DNA from: Dehalococcoidia bacterium
GTDB taxonomy: Bacteria > Chloroflexota > Dehalococcoidia > UBA6926
Length of the DNA: 64,000 nucleotides
NCBI GenBank assembly: GCA_963665385.1
Contig: OY762213.1
Location: forward strand, 325,793-389,792
Direction of reading: 5' to 3'
Shown here: piece after piece, positions 38,982 through 49,223 of the stretch
How positions within the stretch are numbered: position 1 is the stretch's first letter
Layout: every line of letters starts with the position of its first letter
Program-made: the position numbers and the translations under genes
The notes under the pieces: generated by a model
Told to the model about the DNA's origin: nothing
The model's input: only the letters and a program-made list of their open reading frames with translations
The model's database searches: none

Positions 38982-39562
38982 TAATGATCCTCGTAGTGAT
39001 CGCCTGCGAGTGACCGCGTGTGGCGGCGCGTGTCGTAGACATATCGCTGCGGATCATCCGGCCCGGACGCCAGGAGCATCAGAACGACCGCCGGCATCGA
39101 TGACGTCACCTCTGTCGAGTGGATGTCCATCTCCGGCGGCAGAATTGCCGTGACGTCGCCCGGCTTGAGCCGCCGTCGCGTCGTGCGTTTAATCACAGAG
39201 CCGTCGTCCACCTTCTCAAGATTCGGGACATAGGACACCTCTTGCGCCCCCCCCTGGTAGATGCCCGCCAATCCCCAGCGCGCCCCGTGGTCGTGTATGG
39301 GGGTCTTGTGCTTGGGTGGAATCACGGAAACCACCAGATTCAGGGAGCGATCCGACGAGCGAAAGAGGACCCACCGACTGACTTCATTCGGGGGAGTATC
39401 CCGGTATTCGTCCGGCAAAAAGTTCTCCATCAGCAAGTGCCGAAAGGGATCGAGCGTCCTCCGAATCAGCGACACGGGATCTGCCACGCTCACTGCAACG
39501 CCCCCCAGCTGCCCAAGGAACGTCCCGAGAGCGGGATGGTCGACACGTAGATCAGAAGTCAC
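38978..39562 (-). CDS. Cupin-fold protein (cysteine dioxygenase type I / PCO-ADO-like)
   Basis: HDHGARWGLAGIYQG cupin motif with H-x-H; size and pattern like thiol dioxygenases. Confidence 0.45.
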   Translation of the reverse strand: MTSDLRVDHPALGTFLGQLGGVAVSVADPVSLIRRTLDPFRHLLMENFLPDEYRDTPPNEVSRWVLFRSSDRSLNLVVSVIPPKHKTPIHDHGARWGLAGIYQGGAQEVSYVPNLEKVDDGSVIKRTTRRRLKPGDVTAILPPEMDIHSTEVTSSMPAVVLMLLASGPDDPQRYVYDTRRHTRSLAGDHYEDHY

Positions 39563-39583
39563 GGTACGAACCGGTCTCGATGC

Positions 39584-41479
39584 CTACACCTCGCGGAACT
39601 CGCCCTCAACCGTCTCCGAATCGTCGGCGGATGCCTCGCCGCTCGCGCCATTCGCGCCGCCTGCGTCCGCGCCCTGTTGCGCGTACATGGACTGCCCGAT
39701 TTCCTGCACGAGCCTGCTCAACTCCTCTGTCAGTGTACGCAGTTGCTCCGCAGGCGCATTTTGCTCCAGTGCCTGCCGCACCTCCGTCACCTTGGCCTGC
39801 ACGCGGTCCCGGACATCATCTGTAATGGCTTCCTTGTGCTCCTCAAGCAGCCGTTCTGCGGCGTAGGCTGCGGAGTCCGCCGTGTTGCGAATCTCCACCT
39901 CCTCGCGGCGTTGGGCGTCCTCTGTGGCATGCGCCTCCGCATCCTTCGTCATCTGCTCGATCTCGTCGCTGCTGAGGCCGCTGCCGGCCTGGATGACGAT
40001 CTTCTGCTCGCGGTTCGTCGCCTGATCCTTCGCGTTCACGTTCAGGATGCCGTTCGCGTCGATGTCGAACGTCACCTCGATCTGCGGCATCCCCCGAGGC
40101 GAAGGCGGAATACCGTCCAGCATGAATCGACCAAGCGACTTGTCATCGCTGGCCATCGAACGCTCTCCCTGCAGCACGTGAATCTCCACGCTCGTCTGTC
40201 CGTCCGCTGCCGTCGAGAACGTCTGGCTCTTCGAAGTTGGAATCGTTGTATTGCGCGGAATGATGGGCGTCGCAACGCCGCCCAGCGTCTCGATACCGAG
40301 TGAGAGCGGTGTTACATCCAGCAGCAGCAGGTCCTGCACGTCGCCAGTCAGCACGCCGGCCTGGATTGCCGCGCCGGCGGCGACGGCCTCATCAGGGTTT
40401 ACGGAGCGATTGGGCTCCTTCTGGAAGATCTGCGTAACCTTCTCCTGGATCGCAGGCATCCGTGTCTGGCCGCCGACAAGAATGACCTCATTCACTTGCC
40501 CTGCGGACAAGCCGGCGTCCTCCAGCGCCTGGCGGCACGGGCCGGCAGTCCTCTCAACCAGCGCTGCGGTCAGGGATTCCAACTGTGCCCGCGTCAAGTT
40601 CATCGCAAGGTGCTTCGGGCCGGAAGCGTCCGCCGTGATGAACGGCAGATTCAGCTCCGTCTGCGTGACGGTGGACAGCTCCAACTTGGCGCGTTCCGCC
40701 GCCTCACGGAGTCGCTGCATCGCGCTCCGATCCGACCGCAGATCGATGCCCTCTTGCTTGAGAAACTCGTCGATCATCCAATCGACGACGGCATTATCGA
40801 AGTCGTCCCCGCCCAGGTGCGTGTCGCCTGCCGTTGACCGTACGTGGAACGTCCCCTCCCCAATCTCGAGGATGGAGATGTCGAACGTCCCGCCGCCGAG
40901 GTCGAAGACGGCGATGATCTCTTCGCCCTTCTTGTCCAGCCCGTAGGCCAGCGAAGACGCTGTCGGCTCATTGATGATCCGAAGAACGTTGAGACCGGCG
41001 ATTGTGCCTGCGTCCTTGGTCGCCTGCCGCTGGCTGTCGTTGAAATACGCCGGAACGGTGATTACGGCGTCCGTGACCGTCTCTCCCAGGTATGTTTCCG
41101 CGTCTGCCTTGAGCTTCTGCAGGATCATCGCGGAGATCTCCTGCGGGCTGTACTGGTTGTCGCCCATGGTGACCCGCACATCTCCGTTCGGAGCAGCCGC
41201 GACGGGGTAGGGCACCAGCTTGGTGTCCTGCTGCACGTCCGCCTCATTTTGCTTGCGGCCGATGAACCGTTTGACGCTGAATATCGTCTGATCGGGGTTC
41301 GTCACCCCCTGTCGCTTGGCGACAAGCCCAACAAGACGTTCGCCATTCTTGTTCAGAGCGACCACAGACGGCGTCAGCCGATTGCCCTCCGGCGTCGGGA
41401 TGACCGTCCCCTCGCCGCCCTCCATGACCGCGACAACGCTGTTCGTCGTTCCCAGGTCGATTCCGATTGCCCTTGCCAT
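39584..41479 (-). CDS. dnaK: Chaperone DnaK (Hsp70)
   Basis: [22 protein letters not shown], full-length Hsp70 signatures. Confidence 0.95.
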   Translation of the reverse strand: MARAIGIDLGTTNSVVAVMEGGEGTVIPTPEGNRLTPSVVALNKNGERLVGLVAKRQGVTNPDQTIFSVKRFIGRKQNEADVQQDTKLVPYPVAAAPNGDVRVTMGDNQYSPQEISAMILQKLKADAETYLGETVTDAVITVPAYFNDSQRQATKDAGTIAGLNVLRIINEPTASSLAYGLDKKGEEIIAVFDLGGGTFDISILEIGEGTFHVRSTAGDTHLGGDDFDNAVVDWMIDEFLKQEGIDLRSDRSAMQRLREAAERAKLELSTVTQTELNLPFITADASGPKHLAMNLTRAQLESLTAALVERTAGPCRQALEDAGLSAGQVNEVILVGGQTRMPAIQEKVTQIFQKEPNRSVNPDEAVAAGAAIQAGVLTGDVQDLLLLDVTPLSLGIETLGGVATPIIPRNTTIPTSKSQTFSTAADGQTSVEIHVLQGERSMASDDKSLGRFMLDGIPPSPRGMPQIEVTFDIDANGILNVNAKDQATNREQKIVIQAGSGLSSDEIEQMTKDAEAHATEDAQRREEVEIRNTADSAAYAAERLLEEHKEAITDDVRDRVQAKVTEVRQALEQNAPAEQLRTLTEELSRLVQEIGQSMYAQQGADAGGANGASGEASADDSETVEGEFREV

Positions 41480-41534
41480 TCTTTACGTGTCTCCTTGTGT
41501 TCCCTGTGTTGTTGTTTCTCTCTCGTCGGCGAGC

Positions 41535-42107
41535 TTAGTCGTCTGCCAACTCGGCTACAGACCCGTCGCTCGCCCCACCGGACGTCGAACCGTCCCCCAC
41601 CTGCACAAGCGCCGGCCTCAGCACGCGGTCATGGAGCATATACCCCCTTTGGAGCACCTCCACGATGCGTCCCTCCGGCCCCGGCACCCGTGAGATCGCT
41701 TCATGCAGATTCGGATCGAACGCAGCCCCTGCCGCCTCGATTTCCGTCACGCCGCTCGATTCGAGCGTCCCTTGCAGCTTCCGGTAGATGAGCAGAATGC
41801 CCTCCACCCACGTCATACGAAGCATCGTGTCCGGGATGGACCCGAAAGCCCGCTCCAGGTCGTCCACGCTTGAAAGCAACTGTGTCAGAACTGGCGCCGT
41901 CGCGTACTGAAGTTCCGCCGAGTGCCGCTCTCCGGCGCGCCGCGAGAAATCAACCGCATCCGAGTATGCGCGGTGATACCTGTCCTTCTCTGCTATCGCC
42001 TCATCAAGCTGCGCCTGGAGCGATTCGAGTTCGGACTTCTCGCCGTCACCGTCCTTGGAGTCCGGCTCTGCGACTCCCGAAGCGTCGTCTTTCCTCTCGT
42101 CTACCAT
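41535..42107 (-). CDS. grpE: Nucleotide exchange factor GrpE
   Basis: GrpE coiled-coil plus beta-domain; position between hrcA and dnaK. Confidence 0.85.
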   Translation of the reverse strand: MVDERKDDASGVAEPDSKDGDGEKSELESLQAQLDEAIAEKDRYHRAYSDAVDFSRRAGERHSAELQYATAPVLTQLLSSVDDLERAFGSIPDTMLRMTWVEGILLIYRKLQGTLESSGVTEIEAAGAAFDPNLHEAISRVPGPEGRIVEVLQRGYMLHDRVLRPALVQVGDGSTSGGASDGSVAELADD

Positions 42108-42110
42108 GCC

Positions 42111-42908
42111 CTACACGTACTCCCTGTTCTGATAAACGGCGTCGAGTGTTTCCGCCATGTTCGACAGCAGCTCTCCCAGGTAGCGAACGGCCGGAATAGC
42201 CGCCGCATAATCCATCCGTGTCGGTCCCAGGGCCACAACGGCTCCGCGTTGGTCGCTCAACTCTGTTGGGCCGTAGGTCGACATGACCGCCGCATATGGA
42301 TGAAGGAACGGCTCATCGTGCTCGTTTCCAATGACGACCCGCAGCCCGGTAGCGGGCAGATCGTCCGTGTGCAGTGCGGGCGCAAGACGGCCGCTTTCCA
42401 CGGCGTCCAACAGCTCCCGCACCATGTCGATGCGATCGATGAGTTCCGGCTGATTCACAACCTGGCTGATCCCGTACACCACCGGCTCGTCCATCCCGTG
42501 CTCTGTGTGGCCCGGCAGGGGCGTCACGATGGCCAGAGCCTCGGACAACCGTGCCAGCGTCGCAGCCGCCAGCCGCGCCCACAGGAAGACGTCCTCCGAC
42601 TCCACCTGGTGGAACTGGTGACGAATCGTCTCCTGGCGGCTGGTCGGTACCTCGGATGACCGCAACAAAACCTCCACGTAATACCGATACGCCCGCCCCG
42701 TCGGCGTTGCCCCTGCAGACGAGTGTGTGCGTTCTACATAACCCTCAGACTCAAGCTCGGCAAAAGTGTTTCTCACAGTCGCCGAACTCACCTCGAGTTC
42801 ATGCCGCTCCACCAGCCCGCCCGAACTCACGGGCGCCGCCGTCGCGATATACTGCTCCACCAACAGCCGCAGCAACTCCGATTGCCGCTCTGCCAAGTCC
42901 TGAGTCAT
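42111..42908 (-). CDS. hrcA: Heat-inducible transcription repressor HrcA
   Basis: N-terminal wHTH LTERQSELLRLLVEQYIATAAPVSSGGLV...SSATVRNTFAELESEGYV; start MTQDL at 42908 (the longer ORF to 43004 would include the CIRCE). Confidence 0.85.
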   Translation of the reverse strand: MTQDLAERQSELLRLLVEQYIATAAPVSSGGLVERHELEVSSATVRNTFAELESEGYVERTHSSAGATPTGRAYRYYVEVLLRSSEVPTSRQETIRHQFHQVESEDVFLWARLAAATLARLSEALAIVTPLPGHTEHGMDEPVVYGISQVVNQPELIDRIDMVRELLDAVESGRLAPALHTDDLPATGLRVVIGNEHDEPFLHPYAAVMSTYGPTELSDQRGAVVALGPTRMDYAAAIPAVRYLGELLSNMAETLDAVYQNREYV

Positions 42909-42981
42909 CGTTTTCACCGTTACATTGTGAATTTTGTCACCGGCCTGCCGCCTGCTGTTTTCGTGGTCGTCAGGCTGTTGA

Positions 42982-43020
42982 CGGGAATTAGCAGTCTCAT
43001 TCATTGACTGCTAATTCCCG
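42982..43020. promoter_or_regulatory. CIRCE-like operator (HrcA binding site), variant TTAGCAGTC-N9-GACTGCTAA
   Basis: Perfect 15-bp inverted arms cgggaattagcagtc / gactgctaattcccg with 9-bp spacer, about 75 bp upstream of hrcA start. Confidence 0.8.
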
Positions 43021-43159
43021 TTCAGACTACTCATGCACACTACCCATGTCAAGCCAATCCACCCACCATTCCCTCGTTGACCACCAATCGGCCTCATTGC
43101 TACAGTTGTCGAGGTGCTTATCGTGCCCGGTAGTTCCCACAATCATTCCAGAGGTTCTT

Positions 43160-43888
43160 ATGGCTGCAACACATATGACAGGCGCACTTACCCTCTCTGA
43201 TTACGTTTTTGGGGGTCTCGTGCCCCGATACCGCGCGGCCCTTCTTGTAGTGGCGGGCGCCCTCTTCGTCGCCGTCGCCGCGCAGGTTTCATTTACACCC
43301 CCGCAATGGTACGCAACTGTCTTTAGCTCCGTTGGCCTTCCAATTGAAGGCACCCCTGTGCCGATTACACTTCAGACCCTCGCCGTCGGCCTGACCGGTG
43401 CGGCGCTTGGCAGCCGACTCGGCAGCATGAGCCTGCTGCTCTATCTGTTTGCGGGCATCGCTGGCCTCCCGGTCTACGCTGGATCGGTCGGGGATATCCT
43501 GTCAGGAGAAGTCGCCTTTGGTGCAACTGATGGCAGTCTCTGGGGCGGTGCAACGTCCTTCTGGTCAATGCCGTCTTTCGGCTACATCATTGGATTCGTT
43601 ATCGCCGCCACACTCATTGGCCGCCTGGCCGAGCGAGGATGGGACCGCAGTTTCCTTTACACAGCCCTGGCTATGCTCGCAGGAAGCGTTGTGATCTACG
43701 CCTTCGGACTCCCGTGGCTCTACATGTCTTTCGACAACATGACAATAAGCCTTACTCTGGATTGGGGACTGTGGCCGTTCGTTCCCGGCGACATCCTCAA
43801 ACTCCTCGTGGCGGCCGGCGCCCTACCAGGCGCGTGGGTACTCCTCCGCCGTGAGCCGAAGTTGAAAGAATCGGAGGATCAACTCTAG
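43160..43888 (+). CDS. bioY: BioY-family biotin transporter (ECF S-component)
   Basis: PITLQTLAVGLTGAALG motif and 6-TM architecture typical of BioY. Confidence 0.7.
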   Translation: MAATHMTGALTLSDYVFGGLVPRYRAALLVVAGALFVAVAAQVSFTPPQWYATVFSSVGLPIEGTPVPITLQTLAVGLTGAALGSRLGSMSLLLYLFAGIAGLPVYAGSVGDILSGEVAFGATDGSLWGGATSFWSMPSFGYIIGFVIAATLIGRLAERGWDRSFLYTALAMLAGSVVIYAFGLPWLYMSFDNMTISLTLDWGLWPFVPGDILKLLVAAGALPGAWVLLRREPKLKESEDQL

Positions 43889-43890
43889 AC

Positions 43891-44604
43891 GTGGACATTA
43901 CCTATCTCGGTGGATCAGGCTTTCAACTGCGAGGTAGAGACGCATCTCTTTTCGTCGACCCGTCAACCTCGCCGGATCGCCGTGCCAACGCGCGTGCCGT
44001 CCTCATGAGCGGCTACGGCACGGAGCCCGCCGTCGATGTCGGTGATGCACGAGTAATCAGTCGCCCGGGCGAATATGAAGTCTCAGGCATTCTGATTCGC
44101 GCCATCCGCACCAGCAGAGCTGCTAGCGACGATGCCTCCAATCTCGGCGGCATGGCCTACGCTGTCTCCATCGATGGTGTCGTAATCTGCCATCTCGGCC
44201 ATCTGAGTCGCGTGCTCTCCACAGGAGAAGTCTCCGAACTCGGCGAGACTGACGTTGTCCTTCTCCCTGTTGGCGGCGAGGAGACCCTCGCCCCCAATCT
44301 CGCTGCACAGGTTGCTACGCAACTCGGTCCCAAGATCATCATTCCCATGCTCTGGCAGGGTGAAGTGGAGCGTTCGATTACCGAAGCCGTTACGGCTGCG
44401 CCCGCGCAGGACGAGGCCGAAGATGGGGCAGGTGACGCTGAGGAAGCCACTCCGGCCCCCGTAGAGACCGTCAACGTCCCCTCTCTTGAACCGTTCCTCC
44501 GGGAACTGGGCATCCGTTCCCTGACTCCCCATGACCGACTCTCAGTCACACCCACCAATCAGCCCGCCACCCAACAAGTCAGCCTGCTCCTGCCCCGCTC
44601 CTGA
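43891..44604 (+). CDS. MBL-fold hydrolase-like protein (UPF0173-like), metal-binding motif degenerate
   Basis: MDITYLGGSGFQL... resembles MKITYLGHSCF of UPF0173/MBL proteins but HxHxDH is replaced. Confidence 0.45.
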   Translation: MDITYLGGSGFQLRGRDASLFVDPSTSPDRRANARAVLMSGYGTEPAVDVGDARVISRPGEYEVSGILIRAIRTSRAASDDASNLGGMAYAVSIDGVVICHLGHLSRVLSTGEVSELGETDVVLLPVGGEETLAPNLAAQVATQLGPKIIIPMLWQGEVERSITEAVTAAPAQDEAEDGAGDAEEATPAPVETVNVPSLEPFLRELGIRSLTPHDRLSVTPTNQPATQQVSLLLPRS

Positions 44605-44703
44605 TTGGTCGCCTGGGTCGGGCGCCAATAGACGGCAAAGGCCGATCTCAGTGACGATCCCGACAGCAGGACATGCGCCTTCCGCGCAGCCGGTTACCTG
44701 TGG

Positions 44704-46434
44704 TTAGTCAGCCCGCTCCACGTGCACCGTCACGATATCAAGCCCGTAATATTTGCTGTGTCGCACGGACGCCGCATAGTGACGCAATAGACGATAGGAC
44801 AGCTCATTCTCGTCCGTAATCTCTGGTGATTCCCCAAGGAGGGCAAGTCGATCCTCCAGGTTCCCTTCCGACGGCCCGGACACGAGCTCCAGTTCGGCTG
44901 ATGTGCCCACCATTCTGATGGACGCCATTGCTTTCCTGTCGTCACTGGAATCAGAGCCGTCTTCCGCGAGAAGCCCGGAAAGCGCCTCCTCACCCACCAG
45001 AGTCAGCCGGCTTGTTGCGTCCTCCGACCATTTTGATTTGCCACCAAAGTCCTGTAGGAAGTCCCGCAGCTGGGTGAATCCCGCCGTTCCACCCTCCAGG
45101 CGAAGACGCTTCCGTCGTTGGGAGGTCAACTCAAGGAACAAGACCATGATGAGCGCAACTATCGCTCCGCCCGTCATGCCGTTCTCAAGAAGGAGACTCA
45201 CGAATCCGTCCCCCAATGATTCACCGAAGATCTGCGCGTTCGTAAAGCCCACGCCCGCCCAGAATGCCAGCCCGATGATGGCCGCCTTCCGGTGATCCAC
45301 GCCGTCGTTGATGACAATCTTCATTCCCTGTACAAACAACAGGCCGATGAGCACGGTCATATACGCGCCGGCCACCGGTGAGGGTATCGCCACCAGGATC
45401 GCCGTTATCTTAGGGAAAAACGCAAACAGGATGAACGTCAGGCCAATCACCACTCCTACGCGCCGCGCCCCGACGCCTGTGATTTCAACCATGGAAACAC
45501 TGCTGGAATATGTCGTGTTCGGCACGGTGCCGGAGAGTCCTGACAGGAGATTCCCCACCCCGTCCGCATTGATTGCCCCTTGCGCCACGCGGAAATCCGG
45601 CGCGGGCGGGTTCCTTCGCGACACTCGTTGAATCGCTACGCCGTCTCCCAACGTTTCAATTGCGCCGACAGCTGTCACCATCGCAAAGGCGGGAAGCAGC
45701 GCCCAGAAATTCGCGCCAATATCCAACGATAGACCCGGCCATTCCTCGAATGGCGCGCCGATCCAGGCAGCCTCTGTGATGACGCTGGTGTCATACAGTC
45801 CGAACACCGCTGCCGTCGCCGTTCCCGCCGCGATTCCTATGACCGGCGACCACAGGCGCAGCGAAGGCGGCGCCCGAAGAACGAGACCGACCGTTATCGC
45901 CAGTGTCACGGCAGCGGATGCCATCGCTCCCTCCACGGGTTGCCCGGGTTCCACAGCGTCAAGCAGCCCGAAAGCGATGGGCATCACTGTCGCAGCGATG
46001 AGCATAATGACCGTGCCGGTCACCACGGGGACAAATATCCGCCTGGTCAAAGACAGCTTCATGCCGATCAGGAATTGCATGAGGGACGATGCGACGATCA
46101 GCGAGGCCATCAGTGCCGGTCCGCCATTAGCAAGCGCGGCAACGCATGCGGCCAGGAACGCCCCTGATGTTCCCATGATGAGAATGTGACCGGAGCCGAA
46201 ACGCCAGAACCGAACTGCCTGCAAGATCGTCGTGGATCCGCTCACCAGAAGCGCCGCGAAAACCGCCCAGGAAGTGTAGGACTGTGACTGATCACCAACG
46301 CGCATCACGATGACGACCCCCAACACAACGGCGCCAACGATAATCATTGCGCCCTGTACCCCGGCCCCCAGGGTCATGAGAAGGGGCGGGTGCTCGTCAG
46401 GTTCGAATCGTACGTGTTGGTTGACTTGGGACAT
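44704..46434 (-). CDS. NCS2/xanthine-uracil permease-like transporter with about 170-aa C-terminal cytoplasmic domain
   Basis: About 12 TM helices with Gly-rich helices typical of NCS2/SulP-type permeases; hydrophilic acidic C-terminal domain. Confidence 0.5.
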   Translation of the reverse strand: MSQVNQHVRFEPDEHPPLLMTLGAGVQGAMIIVGAVVLGVVIVMRVGDQSQSYTSWAVFAALLVSGSTTILQAVRFWRFGSGHILIMGTSGAFLAACVAALANGGPALMASLIVASSLMQFLIGMKLSLTRRIFVPVVTGTVIMLIAATVMPIAFGLLDAVEPGQPVEGAMASAAVTLAITVGLVLRAPPSLRLWSPVIGIAAGTATAAVFGLYDTSVITEAAWIGAPFEEWPGLSLDIGANFWALLPAFAMVTAVGAIETLGDGVAIQRVSRRNPPAPDFRVAQGAINADGVGNLLSGLSGTVPNTTYSSSVSMVEITGVGARRVGVVIGLTFILFAFFPKITAILVAIPSPVAGAYMTVLIGLLFVQGMKIVINDGVDHRKAAIIGLAFWAGVGFTNAQIFGESLGDGFVSLLLENGMTGGAIVALIMVLFLELTSQRRKRLRLEGGTAGFTQLRDFLQDFGGKSKWSEDATSRLTLVGEEALSGLLAEDGSDSSDDRKAMASIRMVGTSAELELVSGPSEGNLEDRLALLGESPEITDENELSYRLLRHYAASVRHSKYYGLDIVTVHVERAD

Positions 46435-46529
46435 TGCTGGATCCGATCCGGGATTGTGGGAAATGAGGACGGGGGTGAATCATTCACCCCCGTCCTTTAG
46501 TTTCGCCTCGTGGCAAATGCCATCAAGAT

Positions 46530-48104
46530 TTAGGCAGGATCCGTAATCGGCTCCGTGTACATCTGCTTCAAGTCCCGCTTCAGAACCTTGCCCAGCGGGT
46601 TGCGTGGGAGAGGCTCCTCGGAAAACACCACGTGCTCCGGCCTCTTGAAACTGGCCAGCCGTTGGCGTGAGTACTCGATCAACTCATCCTGCGAAGCCGC
46701 CTGACCGGACTTGAGCACAACGACAGCGCGAACACGCTCGCCCCATTGCTCATCCGGGATGCCGATGATTGCCGCCTCGTCAACGGCGGGATGGGACATC
46801 AGTGTCTGCTCCACCTCTTCAGGAGAGATCATCTCGCCGGCGCGCTTGATGAAGTCCTTGGCCCGACCGGTGAGGAAGATGTAACCCTCATCGTCCTGGT
46901 AGCCAAGGTCGCCCGTGAACAGCCAGCCGTTCTTGATCGTCTCCGCCGTCACGTCGTCCTGCTGCCAGTAGCCCTTCATGAGCTGCGGACCGCTGGCGAT
47001 GATCTCGCCTTGCTCGTTGGTGGGGACATCGGTGCCGTCCTCATCCACGATGCGGATCTCGACGCCGGGGAGCGGCTTGCCGATGGAGCTGAGTCGCTCG
47101 AACTTCTTCTCGCGTTCCTCCTCGGACAGGCCCTTCACGTTGTGATCATCCGGCATCAGCGCCGTGATCGTCGCGGAGGCCTCGGTCTGGCCGAAAGCGT
47201 TGATGAACTGGGTGTCCTCTAGCTCGATAATGGCGCGTTTGATGACCTCCTTGGGCATCGGCGCAGCGCCATAAGTAAGCACATCCAGGCTGGAGAGGTC
47301 GTAGTTCGGGCGCGCCTCGTGGTCGAGGAGCATCTTGAGCATCGTCGGCACCATCATGGCGCGCGAGACCTTCTCATCCTGCACCAGCTTCATCCAGGAT
47401 TCCGCCTCAAACTGGCGCTGGATGACAAGTGTGCGCATCCCGAATATCGCGGAGATAACGGCCTGCATCCCTGCCACGTGGTACAGCGGAACGGTCAGGA
47501 TGTTCTTCTCTACCTGGTCCGGCTCCACCGGCGTCACGTTGCTAAGGCTGTAGCTGCTGACGCCGCCAAAGGTCAACATCACGCCCTTGGGCAGGCCTGT
47601 CGTGCCCGCCGTGAACATAAGGATTGTCGTGTCGTCGTCGTCCACCTCGGCCGTGATGTCATCCGTCGGCTGCCCCGAAAGGACATCCTCGTACGCCTCC
47701 CAGCCGTCTGCCGTGCCCTCTAGTGAGACATAGTGCTCGACCGTGTTCAGTGATGGCCGCAGCTCATCAACCATGCCCAAGTAACGCGAGCCCGCGATAA
47801 CCACCTTGGACTCCGACGCATTGACCATGTGGCGAATTTCCTCCGCCCGACCCCGGAAGCTCAGCGGCACAAAGATCGCGCCGAGCTTGGCCGCAGCGAA
47901 GTAGGTCTCGATGACCTCGTTGCAGTTCACCTGCATGATGCCGACGCGGTCTCCGCTGCCAACACCCCAGGACTGCATTTGGCTGGCCAGCTGATTTGAT
48001 CGCGCGTTCAACTCCGCGTACGAAAGTCGCGTGTCTTCAAAAACAATCGCTTCCTTGTCAGGCGCAATCATGTTCGCGATTGACAAAAATTCAGCAGTGT
48101 TCAT
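46530..48104 (-). CDS. AMP-dependent synthetase/ligase (acyl-CoA synthetase)
   Basis: AMP-binding motifs TAGTTGLPKGV, GYGxTE-like, C-terminal KRPEHVVFSEEPLPRNPLGKVLKR; start MNTAEF with GGGAGGGG SD. Confidence 0.85.
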   Translation of the reverse strand: MNTAEFLSIANMIAPDKEAIVFEDTRLSYAELNARSNQLASQMQSWGVGSGDRVGIMQVNCNEVIETYFAAAKLGAIFVPLSFRGRAEEIRHMVNASESKVVIAGSRYLGMVDELRPSLNTVEHYVSLEGTADGWEAYEDVLSGQPTDDITAEVDDDDTTILMFTAGTTGLPKGVMLTFGGVSSYSLSNVTPVEPDQVEKNILTVPLYHVAGMQAVISAIFGMRTLVIQRQFEAESWMKLVQDEKVSRAMMVPTMLKMLLDHEARPNYDLSSLDVLTYGAAPMPKEVIKRAIIELEDTQFINAFGQTEASATITALMPDDHNVKGLSEEEREKKFERLSSIGKPLPGVEIRIVDEDGTDVPTNEQGEIIASGPQLMKGYWQQDDVTAETIKNGWLFTGDLGYQDDEGYIFLTGRAKDFIKRAGEMISPEEVEQTLMSHPAVDEAAIIGIPDEQWGERVRAVVVLKSGQAASQDELIEYSRQRLASFKRPEHVVFSEEPLPRNPLGKVLKRDLKQMYTEPITDPA

Positions 48105-48315
48105 CCGTGATATCCCCTCCCGATTACCTTTTCCGGTTGGGTAACTCGCCATCGCGGCAATAGTGCCGTGATCGGCGAAACCCCCTCCCGATCTGCCCCA
48201 CCACGTGGGCTACTGTAGCAAGCAGATACTAGCAGAGCGACGCCTTATTGTCACCATTCTGAGGCATGTCAGGCGGCGTAAAATGCCACCTGACATGCAC
48301 ATAATCGTCTGCGCC

Positions 48316-49104
48316 TCAGCCGGCGATCGGCGTCACCTCAGGCTGCCCTTGGCCGACCTCACATGCGAGTGCAGCCGCAAACAGGTTTTGCATAGCCATT
48401 TCGGCTTGCGCCTCATCACTCAGCATGGCCAGGAGAGCCTCCTCGCCGCCAAGCTGTTCCTCAAGGCACTGCAGTGCCGATGGCGGTGGCAATTCCATCC
48501 CCTGGCTTGCCGCCCAGGCTGCGGCCTCATCGTCACTAAGACACAGTTGGATGCGAACGGCCCCGGCGATGACCTCACCAAAACTCTCCGGCGGCGGCCC
48601 CATGCCAAGAACGCCGGGATTCTCAGTTGCAATACCTGAGATGCAGCTGCGAGTCTCGGAACTCAGCCCACCTGCCTCCGCGGAGAGGTATGCCACTGTA
48701 AATCCAATTGCGCTTTCCGTGCCCAGGCACTGGATCGGGAAGTCCGCAGTGCCTCCTTGAAGACTGGACACGGGAACATCTGCAATCAGAGTGAACGCGT
48801 CAGCCCCAATAGCCTCACGTATGCACGTTCCTTCTTCTTCAGAGAATGCTGCAACAACTTCGCGCACAGTTGTCGTTGCGGTTATATCCAGTTCATTGAT
48901 GGAGACAGCGACCGGGGCGGGAGTCGGCTCCGGCGTCGCTGTAGCCGTGGGAGTGGGCGGGATAGGTGTAGCGGTTGGGATCGGTGTAGGCGTCGGTTCC
49001 GATTCGCATGCCCCTGCAAACAACAGAATGCCGGCAATCGCCGCAAGTGCCGCGCTGCTAACAACAAAAAGCCTAATACTCCGTGCCAAGACCTTGCCTT
49101 TCAC
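48316..49104 (-). CDS. Hypothetical lipoprotein with TP-rich linker
   Basis: Signal peptide + GAC lipobox; PTPTPIPTATP linker; Cys-containing C-domain. Confidence 0.5.
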   Translation of the reverse strand: MKGKVLARSIRLFVVSSAALAAIAGILLFAGACESEPTPTPIPTATPIPPTPTATATPEPTPAPVAVSINELDITATTTVREVVAAFSEEEGTCIREAIGADAFTLIADVPVSSLQGGTADFPIQCLGTESAIGFTVAYLSAEAGGLSSETRSCISGIATENPGVLGMGPPPESFGEVIAGAVRIQLCLSDDEAAAWAASQGMELPPPSALQCLEEQLGGEEALLAMLSDEAQAEMAMQNLFAAALACEVGQGQPEVTPIAG

Positions 49105-49223
49105 TCTTCCAATGCGGATGTCACCTATCCAGTCTACGAGTCGACCAAGTTCTTGGGCAGGTAATAGCCGGTAGTCGTCGGGACTGACCCGTTACCGAGA
49201 ACCGCTGGATCAAGGGCGTGAAC

